A stretch of DNA of 64,000 nucleotides from Octopus vulgaris (Eukaryota): positions 36,332,001 to 36,396,000 of the forward strand of contig OX597839.1 of NCBI GenBank assembly GCA_951406725.2, read 5' to 3'. Under the pieces are notes generated by a model. It saw only the letters and a program-made list of their open reading frames with translations. It did not search any database and was not told where the DNA came from. Both the position numbers and the translations under genes were made by a program. The first letter of the stretch is position 1. Every line of letters begins with the position of its first letter. Below are positions 1-10,525 of this stretch, in pieces.

Positions 1-818
1 AGGTATTGATTGTTGGTTTATTAGTCTTTTTTTTTTATAACACTTGTTTGTCATTTGACTGCGGCCATGCTGGAGCACTGCCTTTAATCGAGCAACTTGA
101 CCCGGGACTTTTTTGATCTTTGAAGGTGCAGAGCCAGCAGATGATTGGTTGGCTGTTGAAATAACAACAGCACTGTTTGTAGCAAATGTAAATAAGCACA
201 GACAAACAGACAGACACACGTGTGTGTATATACCCACACGAATATGCTTTGCTTAGCTCAGTGCTATAGTAGGAGAGTCTTACCCTGGGTGGTGTGCAGT
301 GGAACTGCCCTTTCATCCTTTTGGGGGGGTTGATGAAATAAGTACCAGTCAAGTACTGGGGCCAGGGTAATTTACTGACCTCCACCATCAAATTTGCTGG
401 CCTTGTGCCAAAATTTGAAACCATTCTTATTGCTGACAGAATCATTGATGCACCAAACAAACTATTTTAGTAGCAATACTTCTGGCTTTATATGTTCTCA
501 GCTCAAATGCTATCAACGTTGACTTTATCTTCCATCTTTTTAGGGGTCAAGGCTGGGGTCAATGTAATCAGCTCTCCCCATCTCCTTAAACATTACTGGC
601 TTTGGACCAAAATTTGAAATTGCTGTTGTTGTTTTTACTTATTATTATTATTATTATTTATTATTTATTTTTATTATTATTATTATTTATTACTATTATT
701 TTTATTATTTATTTTTTTAATTATTATTATTTATTTTTATTATTATTATTATTATTTATTATTATTTTTATTTTTATTTTTATTAATATTATTATTTTTT
801 TTTCTGTTGCCATTTCAG

Positions 819-1483
819 TGCTGTCTGGTCACCATAATAAATCTGCTTCCATCAGTATGTCACTATCGCAGCCCACACCTTCCTCACGGACGTCTGAGAT
901 AATGAAGGGTTGGAGACAGTCGTCTCCTCCGCAGCCGTTAATCCGCAACAACTTTGCTCCGATTGCAATATCTCCGAGTCCATCGCCGACGTTGCACGCG
1001 ACCAATTTGTCGATCAATCACCAATCTACGTCTCAGCAGCCGGCCCAGCAACAGCACTCGGCGCAGTCCCTTGCTGCGCACCAACTGTTGCCTGGCAACC
1101 CTGCCCAGGCTCATACTCAACCTCCACAGCAACAACAACAACAACAGCAACAACAACAACAACCGCCGCCGCAACAGCAACCGGCGCCACCACAGCAGCA
1201 GCAGCAGCAACAACAGCAGCATATTGCTCGTTCCAGTCCAAACGTTCATCCCTGCTCTGTTGGTCCGTCTTCAGTGTCGTCCTCTTCCACATCCTCATCA
1301 TCGCCAGCCACATCAGTGTCTGTCACTGTTTCCTCCGCTCATCCTATGACAGTAGCATCGACTGCCCTCCAGATACAGCATCAACTGCAGGCCCAGCAAG
1401 CAGCTGCTGTAGCGCACCAACGAGACCGCGAAAGGGAGCCAGCACCAAACCAGTCTCCTGCTCATCAACCTTCTGGACACCAG
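819..1483 (+). CDS. spen: spen/SHARP internal coding exon (Q/P/S-rich low-complexity region); upstream exons lie outside the window
   Basis: Acceptor catttcAG at 817-818, donor CAG|GTAAGG at 1484. Open frame (xLSGHHNK...PSGHQ) is the genuine part of ORF 602..1546. Phase-0 end joins the 4451 exon in frame. Confidence 0.85.
1127..1219 (+). repeat. Coding CAA/CAG polyglutamine tracts in the spen exon
   Basis: Encodes QQQQQQQQQQQQPPPQQQPAPPQQQQQQQQQ. Confidence 0.9.
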
Positions 1484-1551
1484 GTAAGGGCCCTTTTTTT
1501 TTTTCACCCTAACTCTCTTCCCTTCATGCTTGAGGTTCTTTGTTAAATCAT

Positions 1552-1772
1552 CTCTCTTTTACTCTTTTACATGTTTCAGTCCTTTGACTGCGGCCATGCT
1601 GGAGCACCGTCTTTAGTCGAGCAACTCGACCCCGGGACTTATTCTTTTTGTAAGCCCATTACTTATTCTATCGGTCTCTTTTGCCGAACTGCTAAGTAAC
1701 GGGGACGTAAACACACCAGCATCGGTTGTCAAGCAATGCTAGGGAGACAAACACAGACACACAAACACACAC

Positions 1773-1805
<33 letters not shown>

Positions 1806-1962
1806 CGACAGGCTTCTTTCAGTTTCCGTCTACCAAATCCACTCACAAGGCATTGGTCGGCCCGGGGCTATAGCAGAAGACACTTGCCCAAGATGCCACG
1901 CAGTGGGACTGAACCTGGAACCATGTGGTTGGTTAGCAAGCTACTTACCACACAGCCATTCC
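1552..1962 (-). mobile_element. tRNA-derived CORE-type SINE, family A (octopus OR-like); further copies ~41-230, 6597-6970, 23295-23490, 28583-29000, 45055-45219 (-) and 21720-22088, 55652-56062 (+)
   Basis: Head ggctgtgtggtaag (A box)...ggttcagtccc (B box), CORE-like accttgggcaag, central (TA)n/(TG)n, tail gactgaaacaagtaaaagag. Many near-identical copies. Confidence 0.9.
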
Positions 1963-2461
1963 TTGCCCACAAGGGCCTAAACATAGAGGGGGCAAACAAG
2001 GACAGACACATGGATTAAGTCGATTACATCGACCCCAGTGTGTAACTGGTACTTAATTTATCTACCCTGAAAGGATGAAAGGCAAAGTCGACCTCGGCAG
2101 AATTTGAACTCACAATGTAACGACAGACGAAATACTGCTAAACATTTCGCCCGGCGTGCTAACGTATCTGCCAGCTCGCAGATATAAAATACTCTCAAAG
2201 AAGGGTACAACTCACACAAACACGTATGCATCACAGGCTTCTTTCAGTTTCCATCTACCAAATTTTCACTCACCAGGCTTTGATCAGCCTGCAGCTATAG
2301 TAGATGACAGTTGCCCAATGTGCCACGCAGTGGGACTGAACCTGAAACCATGTTCTTGGAAAGTGCACTTTTAATCACCCAACCATGCCTGTGTCTTCAC
2401 ACACACCATTTAACAGATGCTAAAGGAGGAGGAGGATGACATACATTTACTCATCTAACCG

Positions 2462-2918
2462 GCTTCCGTGCCAGTGGCACATAAAAGGCACCGTTCGAGT
2501 GTGATCGTTACCAGCGTCGCCTTATTGGCACTCGAGCCCCGTGCTAGTAGGGTGTTAAGAGCACCATTTGAGTGTGATCGTTGCCAGAGCGGCTATCTGG
2601 CCTCTGTGCCGGTGGCCTGTAAAAGACACTATTTGAGTGTGATCGTTACCAGCATCGTCTTACTGGCACCTGTGCCGGTGGAATGTTTAAAAGATTCGGG
2701 CGAGGTCATTGCCAGTACCGCCAGACTGGCCCTCATGCCAGTGGCACGTAAAAACCCCCACTATACTCTCGGAGTGGTTGGCGTTAGGAAGGGCATCCAG
2801 CTGTAGAAACTCTGCCAGATCAAGATTGAAGCCTGGTGCAGCCATCCGGTTTGCCAGCCCTCAGTCAAATCATCCAACCCATGCTAGCATGGAAAGCGGA
2901 CGTTAAACAATGATGGTG
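2462..2918 (+). mobile_element. RTE 3'-UTR/tail repeat; further copies ~8192-8342 (+), 19115-19285, 19397-19810, 56093-56300, 63157-63635 (-)
   Basis: ggcgttaggaagggcatccagctgtagaaac...catgctagcatggaaagcggacgttaaac(gat)n is shared with the RTE 3' UTR at 59810-60000. Confidence 0.85.
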
Positions 2919-3801
2919 ATATATTGTCAGCGTTTTATTTCCATTTTCCTAGTCTTGCATGGGTTGTGCTGGATTTCTCTAACACAGCATTTCATAACAT
3001 GTGGCTGCGAGCAAAGCAGCAGTGCACACCTACCTTATTCTTTACTGAACTTGTTGCTAAGTTACCTCACCTTGTTCACAGCATCCCAGTACATTGCTTG
3101 CATAGCTCTCACAATTTATTCATCTACACTTAGGCTTTCTAAGTGACCAACAGACTCCACATTGTGGAACTTTGTCAAAAGCTTTCTTCTGAGCTAAACT
3201 GCTCCTGCAGTGGCCTCTGTAAAAAGATTGTATTCATAATACTTTGGCCTGGTTCAAATGTAAACTGCATCTCATTTAAGCTAATTTTTGTTATAATTAA
3301 CTGTTCTGTTAGTTTTTTTTGTTGTTTTTATAACTTGGTCATCCAGTTTGATACTCTTGTAGTTTCTGCTTTTGAGATGACCGTCTCCTTTAAGCCTTGT
3401 AGTTCATGATGATGATGATGATAATGACAACACTGCTTATACAAGTTATTGAGAATAACACCTCTCTGTACTGTTTATTTCACTGTGCAGCTGACTTTTG
3501 TGTCCCCTATATTTTGACAAATGTTTCCTGTGTCTCAGCTGAAAGATTTGTTCACTTTTCCCTTCCTTTCATCTTAATAAACCTTCCCAACCCTGTTAGC
3601 CGTCAGCTGTTGGAATAGCATTTCTGTTGTCGTTCCTTCTTCTCTTTGTCAGTTATAATGTGAGTGTGTGGCTGTCAAGCTGGGCTCACGTTTTAGCCAA
3701 GGTTTTGTTTTGAAACTTGGAACATGCTGCAGAACATTAAGGAACCTCTTACTTGCAGGTTCTCTTTAATCTCTCTGTCTCTTTCCACACTCACACACAC
3801 A

Positions 3802-3835
<34 letters not shown>

Positions 3836-4450
3836 GTATCTATCTACACACACACACACACACAATAAGCAAAATTTCAGTTTCCAATTCTTTCTAAAAT
3901 AAAATTTCTTTCCAGGCCAGAATTTTGTTAATTTGTTCTTGATTTTTCATCTCTAATTCGATTTTGCAGTTGATTATGCCAAAAGACCCTCAGACACAAC
4001 CGTTTTATATTTAGAATTGTGTTATTTTCTGTTTTTTAAATTGCTTTCTTGTGAATCTTTGAAACAGTGAGCGTGAAACGATTTTGATTGTTTTCAAGAT
4101 GATCAGAAATTTTTAAAAATTGAAAAACCATTTCCCAAATATATTTGCAACCTGTAATATTGAAACAAAGAGATTCTCTTATGAAGTAAAATATTTAGTC
4201 ATTCATTTATATTTCAAACCAAAATTGTCCTCTTGTTGTTATTGTTGTTCTTACCAGTGAAGATGTGAAGATGACCCCTTCCCTATACACGATTAGTGTT
4301 TCTCTATATCTCCCTCACACACACCATCCTTCGGAAGCAGTTACAAAATTGTCCAATTGTTGCCATTGTTTATTTTCCTTTGTTGTAATGTTTTAATGTT
4401 GAAACTTGGAATTTAACAAAACTTAATCATAAATGTGTTTTTATTTCCAG

Positions 4451-5215
4451 TTGTCTTCGCAAGGAAATCATTCCCAGCATAATACTCCTGTTTCCGCTCA
4501 CCAGAGTCCATCTGTGGAGATGAGAACAGTGAGTTCAAGTGGAGCTGGTGGCGTTCATCGGCTCACTTACATTCTTGACAATAAGGCAAGCCAGCAGGCA
4601 TCAATGGAGGCTCGGCTCGCTCAGCTTTCTCAGTCATCTCATCCGTCTGTCTACCCAACCGACAGACGCGTAGAGAAGATAGCAACTACTCCAAGTGCTT
4701 TCTCGCCTCCGGCAGTCCATGAAGTCCAGCAGCCGTTCTATACAACAGACAACCTGCATGTCTCGCGCAGCATGCCCTTTCCACAGACCCATCTCCCTAT
4801 TCAAATGGGACGTCTACCTGTCGACCACGGGCTTGCTGTCTATGCTAACGCCCAACATGGCTTCATAACTGTACCAGAGGGCACCATCGTTCAAACTCAG
4901 GCACATCACCCCCATTATCAACACACGGGATACCTGAGTCAACAGCATGGCATGGGCCTAGAGCGGGTCGCTCTAGAATCTCGACCTCCGTCTAGGCCAC
5001 CATCTCGACCTGACAAACGGCCACCATCAAACCCCAACCAAGCCACTGGAGGTTCAACTGCAGTTGTAAAGGCCCACGTCCAGCAACCACCACCTGGATC
5101 ACCTGGTTTAGTCCATTCGGATGGTGTGAAGTTATTACACAGCAACTTGTCAGTAACACCACAGTCTATCGTTAATCCAAATTCCTTTGCCTATGATACA
5201 ATTGCTATGTTACAG
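4451..5215 (+). CDS. spen: spen coding exon (LSSQGNH...YDTIAMLQ), ends at the start of the SPOC domain
   Basis: tttccAG acceptor at 4449-4450, CAG|GTAAGT donor at 5216, phase 0/0. Terminal DTIAMLQ aligns with DMVQLLK, which precedes KYPIVWQG in human SPEN (recalled sequence). Confidence 0.9.
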
Positions 5216-5779
5216 GTAAGTCTTTCTTTCTTTCAAGTTTTTTTTAAAAAACAAACAAGAATTTGCTCTCTGAAGGGTTGCCTCTTGCCGTTATATTTTT
5301 GATTGCTTCCATGGCTTGAATAGACCCCCCCCTCTTTATCATTGTTTCATGTCCAATTTCTATGCTTGCATATGTATGGCAGAATTTGTTGGGGATTTTT
5401 TTTTTTACAGCTGGATGCCCTTCCTGTCCCCAACCTTCACCTGTTTTCAAGCCAAGTAATAGTTCACCAAGGTTGGACATGCTTTTCACAGAAGAATGGA
5501 AACAACACCATTTGTATGATGGTGCTTCTTGTTTACAACCATAATGTCAAAGCAAAGGTGTATACACACACCTTTAAGTTTCCATTTCCCAGATCTACTC
5601 ACCTTTGGTATGACAAATGTTATAAAAGTCATTTGCCCATGGTGCTGTACAGTGGGACTGAACCCAAGACCTTACGATTGGGAAGCAAGCTTCTTAACTA
5701 CACGGTTGTTAAATTTAATGTTCAATTCTTTGCCATCACTGTGGTATAAAATTAACTTTAAATCTTTCTTTTTTTTCAG

Positions 5780-5809
5780 ATGATTCATGAAGTTTCGTTT
5801 ACACAGAAG
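5780..5809 (+). CDS. spen: Candidate 30-nt microexon of spen (MIHEVSFTQK), probably alternative
   Basis: Polypyrimidine tract + cAG (5763-5779), 30 nt without a stop, AAG|GTAAGT donor at 5810. Phase 0/0 matches both neighbours. Confidence 0.65.
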
Positions 5810-7092
5810 GTAAGTGAAATATTAATTAGTTGATTAATAATCATTTAGTTACCTGTCACTATAGCACACTACCTTGTCATAGTTACACAATCTAGTCATG
5901 GTTATGTTTTTTGCACACTACCAAGTGATGGTCATCGGTCTCTGACCACAATCTCGTGATGGTTGCCTGTCTCTGACGTGACCTGGTGATTAACTGTCTC
6001 CAATTAACACACAAAATGGTCGATTCCTTTTAGAAAAGCATTATTAAAGATGTTATTAGCTTAGTTGAAGATTTGGTGTATTTGTGTAGTGCCAGGTCAG
6101 TTCTTATTATGCAGACTCAATGTGTTTACAAAAGATCCTTGACTCTGTGATGTTTCATCCTTTTAGCATTAAAACTGGCCTAAATATTCTAGAACCTGTT
6201 TTATGATCAAACTGGCCGGATCTGGCCTCTCACAGCTACCCTACAATGCCATTCTAAATATAAACAATGACATTTTTTGAAATCTTGCAGTATGAAATAA
6301 TTCATGATTAATACAAAATCAATGTGAATTAATAAGTATTAAATTTGCCAAATAAATCCGAGTGCTAAAGGGTTAATATTTGAAGTTTCTGCTTTATTTA
6401 AGGATCTGTTGTTGCAGTTGTTGTTTAAACTCAGGTCAATCCTGATTTAAGTGCACCAACATTTGATCAGGCATTGCGTCCAAACTCAGCTTGGACTATA
6501 TGATCGAATGTGTCCTTCCTTCCAATTTTTAAAAATGGAAGAATGTGATTCTGTAGAGACTGGCTGCTGTTTATGTCAAGTCAAGTGACCATACTCTACT
6601 CTCTCTTTTACTTGTTTCTGTCATTTGACTGCGGCCATGCTGGAGCACCACCTTTAGTCAAGCAAGTCTACCCCAGGACTTACTTGGTCTCTTTTGCCGA
6701 ACTGCTAAGTTACGGGGACGTAAATACCTCAGCATCGGTTTTCAAGCGATGTTGGGGGGGACAAACACAGACACACAAACATATACACACACATACATAT
6801 ATACATACGATGGGCTTCCTTCAGTTTCCGTCTACCAAATCCACTCACAAGGCCTTGGTTGGCCAGAGGCTATAGTAGAAGATACTTGCCCAAGGTGCCA
6901 TGCAGTGGGACTGAACCTGGAACCATGTGGTTGGTAAGCAAGCTACTTACCACACAGCCATTCCTGCGCCTATGTTGTAAAGAGACTTTTTCTACATGTA
7001 ATATACTGGGGTTCCCCAACTTAAGTTGTACCGTGTATGGTTTGTCTGATATTTGTAATCTAACCTAAAACTGTTTTTCTCTTTCTTTACAG

Positions 7093-7296
7093 AAATATGA
7101 AATAATGTGGCAAGGTCTTCTGGCATTGAAAAATGATAATGTAGTTGTGCAGATGCACTTAATGTCAGGAAATAGGCAGTTAATAGCACCATCTATGCCA
7201 CAGCTAGCTTCAGACTGCACCATGCAACCACTACGAATAAGCCAACGGATGCGCCTCGAGCCAATCCAGGTTGAAGGAGTGGCAAAACGGATGCAG
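7093..7296 (+). CDS. spen: spen SPOC domain exon 1 (KYEIMWQGLLALKND...LRISQRMRLEPIQVEGVAKRMQ)
   Basis: Matches SPOC motifs WQGLLALKND and LRIxQRMRLE of SPEN/SHARP. ttacAG acceptor, CAG|GTAAGT donor at 7297. Confidence 0.96.
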
Positions 7297-7412
7297 GTAA
7301 GTTATATTGACAGGTGAATGGGGTTGAATGGATAAGTCTACCAGTGTACAAGCTCATGTGCAAGAGATGTGGGTTGTGTCAGTGTGAGGAATCTTTAGTC
7401 TTGTCAAAGACA

Positions 7413-7625
7413 TTAGTTAGTTAGTTAATTTTGGCTCAAAAGCAAATAGCAAGGCCATGTAGGGGGACATGGACTTAAGTACAGGGTGGTGTTCATGTAA
7501 AGAGTTCAGGCCACTTGAGGTCAAGGGAGACTTTGAACAAAGCGGTCGTCGGCATCTTCACCATCTCGTCTGGCAGCTTGTTCCACGGATCTGCAACCTG
7601 GACGGAGATAGTGCTTGTGTCATGG
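7413..7625 (-). mobile_element. CR1-clade LINE 3' end in a spen intron
   Basis: SVQVADPWNKLPDEMVKMPTTALFKVSLD is a CR1/L2-type C-terminus; (TAAC)n tail. Confidence 0.8.
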
Positions 7626-8543
7626 TGGGGAAAAAAAACATCCAGTACATTCTGTAAAGTGGTCAGTGCAAGTGGATTATAAATTGCAGGATCCAACACA
7701 TTATAACTAGCAGCTACATCCAATATTGTGCGTGTGTTTCAATGTCTACCTTTCCATGCTGGCATGGGTGAGATGGAGTTTACTGTGGAAAATTTTCTAT
7801 GGCTGGATGCCCTTCTTGTCACCAACCCTTCTTTCTGAGCAAGATAGTATTTCCTCATGTTCGGATATGTTTTCTCAGAATATTGGAAATGAATGACACC
7901 GCTTGTGTGACAGTGATGCTCGTTTACATCATGTAACATCAAGACAGGGAGATATAAACTTAGACACACACATGATGGGCTATTTTTAGTTTCCAAATCT
8001 CTACTCACAAGGTTTTGATTGACCCAACGCTGTAGTAGACGACACTTGCCCAAGGGGTCACACTGGGACTAAACCCCAAACCATGTAGTTTTGAAGCAAA
8101 CCTCTGAACTTCACAGACATGACCGAGTCGTATGTGTGTGTGTGTGTGTGCATGCTTTACATAGGGCATCAGCACATTTGCTTTATATATGACACTCGCG
8201 GAGTGGTTGGCGTTAGGAAGGGCATCCAGCTCTAGAAACACTGCCAGATCAGACTGGAGCCTGGTGCAGCCCCTGGCTTCCCAGACCCCGGTCGAACCGT
8301 CCAACCCATGCTAGCGCGGAAAACGGACGTTAAACGATGATGCTGACACTGGCTTGGGTGCTTTCTAAGTGGTACTGGCACCTGTGAGCCCACAAGACGG
8401 ACTTTCAGCTGAGAGAGGGAGTGGAGAGCATAGCTGTAAAGGACATGCCTATGTATATGTGTTGTTTGTGTAAGTATGTATGTGGAAGGGGATAAAAAGT
8501 ATCAAGTTTAATGTGTTATTATTGTTTGGTGTTTTTTTTACAG

Positions 8544-8702
8544 TTGACGGAAGAGTATTGTATGCTGTTGGCCCTGCCTAATGGCCAAGACCATTTTGAA
8601 ATAATGCACCAAACTAGAGCTCTGAACAATGGTTTTATAAGTTACCTGAGCAGTAAGCAAGCTGCTGGAATCGTTAATGTGTCCAACCCAGAATCTCAGC
8701 AG
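8544..8702 (+). CDS. spen: spen SPOC domain exon 2 (LTEEYCMLLALP...FISYLSSKQAAGIVNVSNPESQQ)
   Basis: SPOC motif FIxYLxxKQAAGIxNV. tttacAG acceptor, CAG|GTATAC donor at 8703, phase 0/0. Confidence 0.96.
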
Positions 8703-9059
8703 GTATACTTCTTTTATAACATATTGTATTTATTTTGTGCTTTGTAATTTACACAAATCCCTTCAGCTGTAATTAGTGGCTAATTGATGATAATTGGTAA
8801 AATATCTTGATTATGGATGGCTGAAGGAGAAGGGTGGCAATATTATCTGATTTCAACCCAAGGCCAGAAATTTTAAGGGGAGACCCTTAATACTTGACTG
8901 GTTCTTTATTGTATTGACCCCCAAAAGGATGAGAGGCAAAGTTGACTTTGGCAGGATTTGAACTCAGAATGTAAAGTGCTGAAAGAAAAACTGCAAGGCA
9001 ACTCCAGTACATGATTAGTATTTTACCTGTCCGAGTCAGATGTCATGATTGATCGTTAG

Positions 9060-9224
9060 CCACTACACACATTTTTTTCTCTCCTTGTTTTTTCTGTGTC
9101 CCTTTCTGTAGAAGAGCGTAGGCTCGAAACGTTAAAGACTTGTTCTATTCCTGAGCGTTATACTAATACATCTGTTTGTTTTGTACACCACCTGTCTTCG
9201 CCTTTTATTTTTTTCGTAAACTCT

Positions 9225-9268
<44 letters not shown>

Positions 9269-9730
9269 CTTTACTACCCACAAGGGGCTAAACATAGAGG
9301 GGACAAACAAACGGATTAAGTCGATTCCATCGACCCCAGTGCGAAACTGGTACTTAATTTATCGACCCTGAAAGGATGAAAGGCAAAGTCGACCTCGGCG
9401 GAATTTGAACTCAGAACGTAACGGCAGACAAAATACGGCTACGCATTTCGCCCGGCGTGCTACCGTTTCTGCCAGCTCGCCGCCTTTATATATATATACA
9501 CATACACACACCATTAAAACTAAAGATACACCCATACACCACTAAAGATACATGCCTGTATATAGCCACTACACACATTTTTTTCTCTCCTTGTTTTTTC
9601 TGTGTCCCTTTCTGTAGAAGAACATAGGCTCGAAATGTAAAAGACTTTTTCTATTCCTGAGCGTTAAACTAATACATCTGTTTGTTTTGTACACCACCTG
9701 TCTTCGTCTTTTGTTTTTTTCGTAAACTCT

Positions 9731-9791
<61 letters not shown>

Positions 9792-10290
9792 CACCATTAA
9801 AACTAAAGATACACCCATACACCACTAAAGATACATGCCTGTATATAGCCACTACACACACCATGTTTCTCTCCTTGTTTTTTCTGTGTCCCTTTCTGTA
9901 GAAGAGCGTAGGCTCGAAACGTAAAAGACTTTTTCTATTCCTGAGCGTTATACTAATACATCTGTTTGTTTTGTACACCACCTGTCTTCGCCTTTTATTT
10001 TTTTCGTAAACTCTCCCTATATATATATATATATATATATATACATACACATACACACACCATTAAAACTAAAGATACACCCATACACCACTAAAGATAC
10101 ATGCCTGTATATAGCCACTACACACATTTTTTTTCTCTCCTTGTTTTTTCTGTGTCCCTTTCTGTAGAAGAACATAGGCTCGAAATGTAAAAGACTTTTT
10201 CTATTCCTGAGCGTTATACTAATACATCTGTTTGTTTTGTACACCACCTGTCTTCGTCTTTTGGTTTTTTTTCGTAAACTTTCCCTAGTA
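9060..10290 (+). repeat. Tandem array of four ~270-bp Penelope-tail/retrozyme-like units with hammerhead-like motifs, in the last spen intron
   Basis: Units start (ccactacacac) at 9060, 9566, 9849 and 10115. Each contains ctttCTGTAGAAGAGCGTAGGCTCGAAACGT(T/A)aaag or a mutated version and an internal (TA)n. Unit 1 carries a SINE insertion. Confidence 0.85.
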
Positions 10291-10396
10291 TTTTACTTGG
10301 TTTGATATATTTCTTCATTTGACCCAAGAAAAAAATAGAAATCTTATTAGTTCAGCCTGTGATTCTAATAATTATCTCCTTTGTATTTTTTTTCAG

Positions 10397-10525
10397 CCTG
10401 CTTATGTCGTCCATATTTTCCCACCATGCGAGTTTTCTCGCCTGAAACTACGAGAGGCCGGATTTGAATTGATGAACCAAGTGTCTGACTTTGCTCATCT
10501 TGTGATTGTGATTACCACGGTCTAG
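10397..10525 (+). CDS. spen: spen terminal coding exon (PAYVVHIFPPCEFS...HLVIVITTV*)
   Basis: Matches the SPEN C-terminus PAYVLQIFPPCEFS...HLMIVIASV. tttcAG acceptor at 10395-10396, TAG at 10523-10525. Confidence 0.96.
   Translation, partial: PAYVVHIFPPCEFSRLKLREAGFELMNQVSDFAHLVIVITTV

Noticed and set aside
602-818. Hydrophobic N-terminus of ORF 602..1546 resembling transmembrane segments
   Set aside because: It is a translated intronic (TTA)n microsatellite upstream of the acceptor at 818.
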